The notes under the pieces were generated by a model, which had not been told where the DNA came from, did not search any database, and saw only the letters and a program-made list of their open reading frames with translations. A DNA stretch of 64,000 nucleotides from Longimicrobiales bacterium (GTDB taxonomy: Bacteria; Gemmatimonadota; Gemmatimonadetes; Longimicrobiales; Gaopeijiaceae): NCBI GenBank assembly GCA_965248195.1, contig CBDFIQ010000001.1, forward strand, positions 1,434,658 to 1,498,657, in the 5' to 3' direction. Each line of letters begins with the position of its first letter. The stretch's first letter is position 1. The translations under genes and the position numbers were made by a program. This document shows, one piece after another, positions 62,041-64,000 of this stretch.

Positions 62041-62478
62041 CTATGTCCAGGTGACGTCGCCGGAAATTTTCAGCGTGCCAGAAATGGGAAGTACGCCGTC
62101 GATCGGCGCATCGCCGACCTTCACGTTGATGAGTGAAGCGACGAACGAAGCGACCGTCGTGCCCGCGTCGGGCCAGATGATCTTGAAGTTGTGCGGCCCA
62201 CCCGTGCCTTCGCCCTTCGAACGCAGACCGGTCGCATCGTCGTGCGTCGCGTTGGCCTCGTCCCAGAAACCTTCGAACGCGATCTCGCCGTAGGCCTTGA
62301 CGCCCGTCTCGATGTGCTCGCGGAAGCCGCCGGTCGAGTCGTGCACGGTCGTGTCCTCGGTCTCCGTCAGAAGCTCGATGCCTCCGATGCTCGACAACTG
62401 CACTACCGACGTGAACACCTCGGTCTCCGCGCCGTCGCCGAGTTGAAGCTGGGTTCTTAATGATTTGCTCTTTGCCAT
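62041..62478 (-). CDS. Major tail tube protein
   Basis: DTTVHDSTGGFREHI.G....GE and LKISG.VT motifs. Confidence 0.85.
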   Translation of the reverse strand: MAKSKSLRTQLQLGDGAETEVFTSVVQLSSIGGIELLTETEDTTVHDSTGGFREHIETGVKAYGEIAFEGFWDEANATHDDATGLRSKGEGTGGPHNFKIIWPDAGTTVASFVASLINVKVGDAPIDGVLPISGTLKISGDVTWT

Positions 62479-62491
62479 GAGTCCCTATCTC

Positions 62492-62854
62492 CTATGGGTG
62501 AATAGCCCGATGCCTGATGACCTTGGATTCGTCCAGGTGCTTGAACGGGCAGTCGAGGCATTCGTAGTTCGGATGCCCGGCCCATTGGGTGATGCGGTAA
62601 CCGCGCGCTCGATCCTCATCGGTGTCCCGAGACGCCTCGGGTTCCGGATCCTCGGGCTCCGGATTAGCAGCAGCGTCCGGGTCCTGCGCTTCCCTGAGCG
62701 CATCGATCCGTCGCTCGTAGACGGCCGCAGCCCCTTTCCGAGCGTCCTCGCGTTGGAGGGCGTGAGCCGTCTCCTCGTCCACGTCATCTTCCTCGAGGCG
62801 CCCAGGGAGATCCTGTATCGTCACGGTCTCCGGATCGAAAGGCAGATTCGTCAT
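62492..62854 (-). CDS. Phage hypothetical protein with a C-terminal CxxC...H motif
   Basis: YECLDCPF...H..IH; acidic N-terminus. Confidence 0.5.
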   Translation of the reverse strand: MTNLPFDPETVTIQDLPGRLEEDDVDEETAHALQREDARKGAAAVYERRIDALREAQDPDAAANPEPEDPEPEASRDTDEDRARGYRITQWAGHPNYECLDCPFKHLDESKVIRHRAIHP

Positions 62855-62872
62855 TTCTCGTTGTCCCTTTCT

Positions 62873-63325
62873 CTAAGCCGCCGTTTCCTGGTCGTCCCAG
62901 ATGGTGGCGAACTCGATTCTGAAGTCTTGGGCTGCTCCACCGTACAGGCTGTCCGCCTCGAAAGTCGCCCACTCGATGCTCACTTCCTCGATGCTGACGA
63001 TCAGCGCGTCCAAAGCCGCGTTCGTCAGGAGCGCCTTCGTGCCCCACGCGACCAGCGGATCGAGCGTCTTGTCCGGCGGATCCGTCGACGTGACGAGCGT
63101 CTTGACCCGATGCTCCACGCGGATCGTGAGCGTGCGTAGCACACTCTCGTCGTGCGTTTCCAGCGCCACGGTCTCGCCCAAGTGGTAGACCGCCATGGCT
63201 GGCATGTCGTCGCGGTCGAGCGGACGGGTTCTCGACCGATGCACCGTGAGCCCCGTTGGTTTGCCGACGGCCTCCAGCGCTCTAACGGCCGCGGCCATGA
63301 TCGTCTCGCGGATCGTGTCGGCCAT
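62873..63325 (-). CDS. Tail terminator/completion protein
   Basis: 150 aa; position upstream of the tail tube gene. Confidence 0.6.
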   Translation of the reverse strand: MADTIRETIMAAAVRALEAVGKPTGLTVHRSRTRPLDRDDMPAMAVYHLGETVALETHDESVLRTLTIRVEHRVKTLVTSTDPPDKTLDPLVAWGTKALLTNAALDALIVSIEEVSIEWATFEADSLYGGAAQDFRIEFATIWDDQETAA

Positions 63326-63627
63326 CAGGCGTTATCTCCCAGCCAGAGCCGCGTCTCGGCGCCGTCATTCTCGACGCGGTGGTCGGTGATCACGTACGTC
63401 GTGCCACCCACCACGATCGTCGCGTCTCTATCGAGGTTCGGCAGTATCCCGGTCGCGACGAGAACCGTGCGCACCCGCACCACGGTTGCGAGTTCGCCAC
63501 CCTCGAAGCCTTCTTCGTCGCCGTATTTGACCTGGCCGTACGTGGTCACGGCACCCGAGACCACCGTAGTGGCCCCAGGTGTCCGCTTGAGCATGAGCTC
63601 CACGCCTGCGGGGGAGGTGATGTCCAT
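63325..63627 (-). CDS. Head-tail joining protein (gpFII-like)
   Basis: 100 aa, beta-rich; I.VGGTTY.I...DG..TRL.L pattern. Confidence 0.6.
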   Translation of the reverse strand: MDITSPAGVELMLKRTPGATTVVSGAVTTYGQVKYGDEEGFEGGELATVVRVRTVLVATGILPNLDRDATIVVGGTTYVITDHRVENDGAETRLWLGDNA

Positions 63628-63987
63628 CTACGCCTCGGGCTCGTCCTCGAGATAGGTTTCGATCCGACTCGCGATGCCTTTTCCCACGCCGTCGATCGAC
63701 GGCAGGTCTGGGATGTCGAGCAATTGCTCGATCGAGGTGATCCCTGCGGCCACCAGCTTGGCACGCCCTGGAATGTCAGCGGGAAGTTCGCCGCCCTCTT
63801 CTTCTTCGACCCCTCCGTCGAGGTCCGGGGCCGCGCCCTCTTCGACGTCTTGACCTCGGGCCCATTGCGCTGCGCCAACATCGACGAGCCGCTGCGCCTC
63901 CTCCTCGCTCTCGATGGGTACAACCTCACCGGCGGAGTAGTTGACCCCGCCGGCTTTGATCAGGTGCTGTGCGATCACGTCATACAT
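63628..63987 (-). CDS. Phage protein with a C-terminal helix-hairpin-helix motif
   Basis: IDGVGKGIA motif; position typical of a capsid-adjacent gene. Confidence 0.55.
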   Translation of the reverse strand: MYDVIAQHLIKAGGVNYSAGEVVPIESEEEAQRLVDVGAAQWARGQDVEEGAAPDLDGGVEEEEGGELPADIPGRAKLVAAGITSIEQLLDIPDLPSIDGVGKGIASRIETYLEDEPEA

Positions 63988-64000
63988 CTCGGCACCCCCC

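Larger units (their letters stand above)
19679..64000. mobile_element. Prophage (long non-contractile tail type); continues beyond the window; att site not identified
   Basis: Integrase, xis, recombination genes, cro/cI, lysis, tape measure, tail and head-tail genes in coherent modules. Confidence 0.93.

Overview
GC-rich bacterial chromosome window. Positions 1-19.5 kb hold ordinary host genes: secreted hydrolases, a sialidase-like protein with a sugar ABC transporter, a radical SAM protein, an amidase, a cation-chloride cotransporter and others. One IS256 copy there truncates two genes. From about 19.68 kb to the window end lies a siphovirus-like prophage: integrase/xis, early recombination genes, a tRNA-Met(CAT) of initiator type, a cro/cI switch, an accessory (cargo) region, a lysis cassette and tail genes. 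The cargo region (29.3-51.8 kb) is mostly nested insertion sequences: 4 IS256, 6 IS3, 1 IS5, a partial IS21 and a deleted IS256 variant. Removing them using their target-site duplications (TSDs) restores four in-frame genes: a lipoprotein, an AbiU2-like HEPN protein, a Panacea/SocA antitoxin and a DarT toxin. DarT sits downstream of an intact DarG macrodomain gene. Remnants of phage-repressor (S24 peptidase) C-termini lie between the cargo genes, which suggests cargo was added repeatedly by recombination at the cI 3' end. The IS3 element carries fixed 7-bp extensions outside its TG...CA inverted repeats. All calls come from reading the sequence and recognising motifs; no searches were run.
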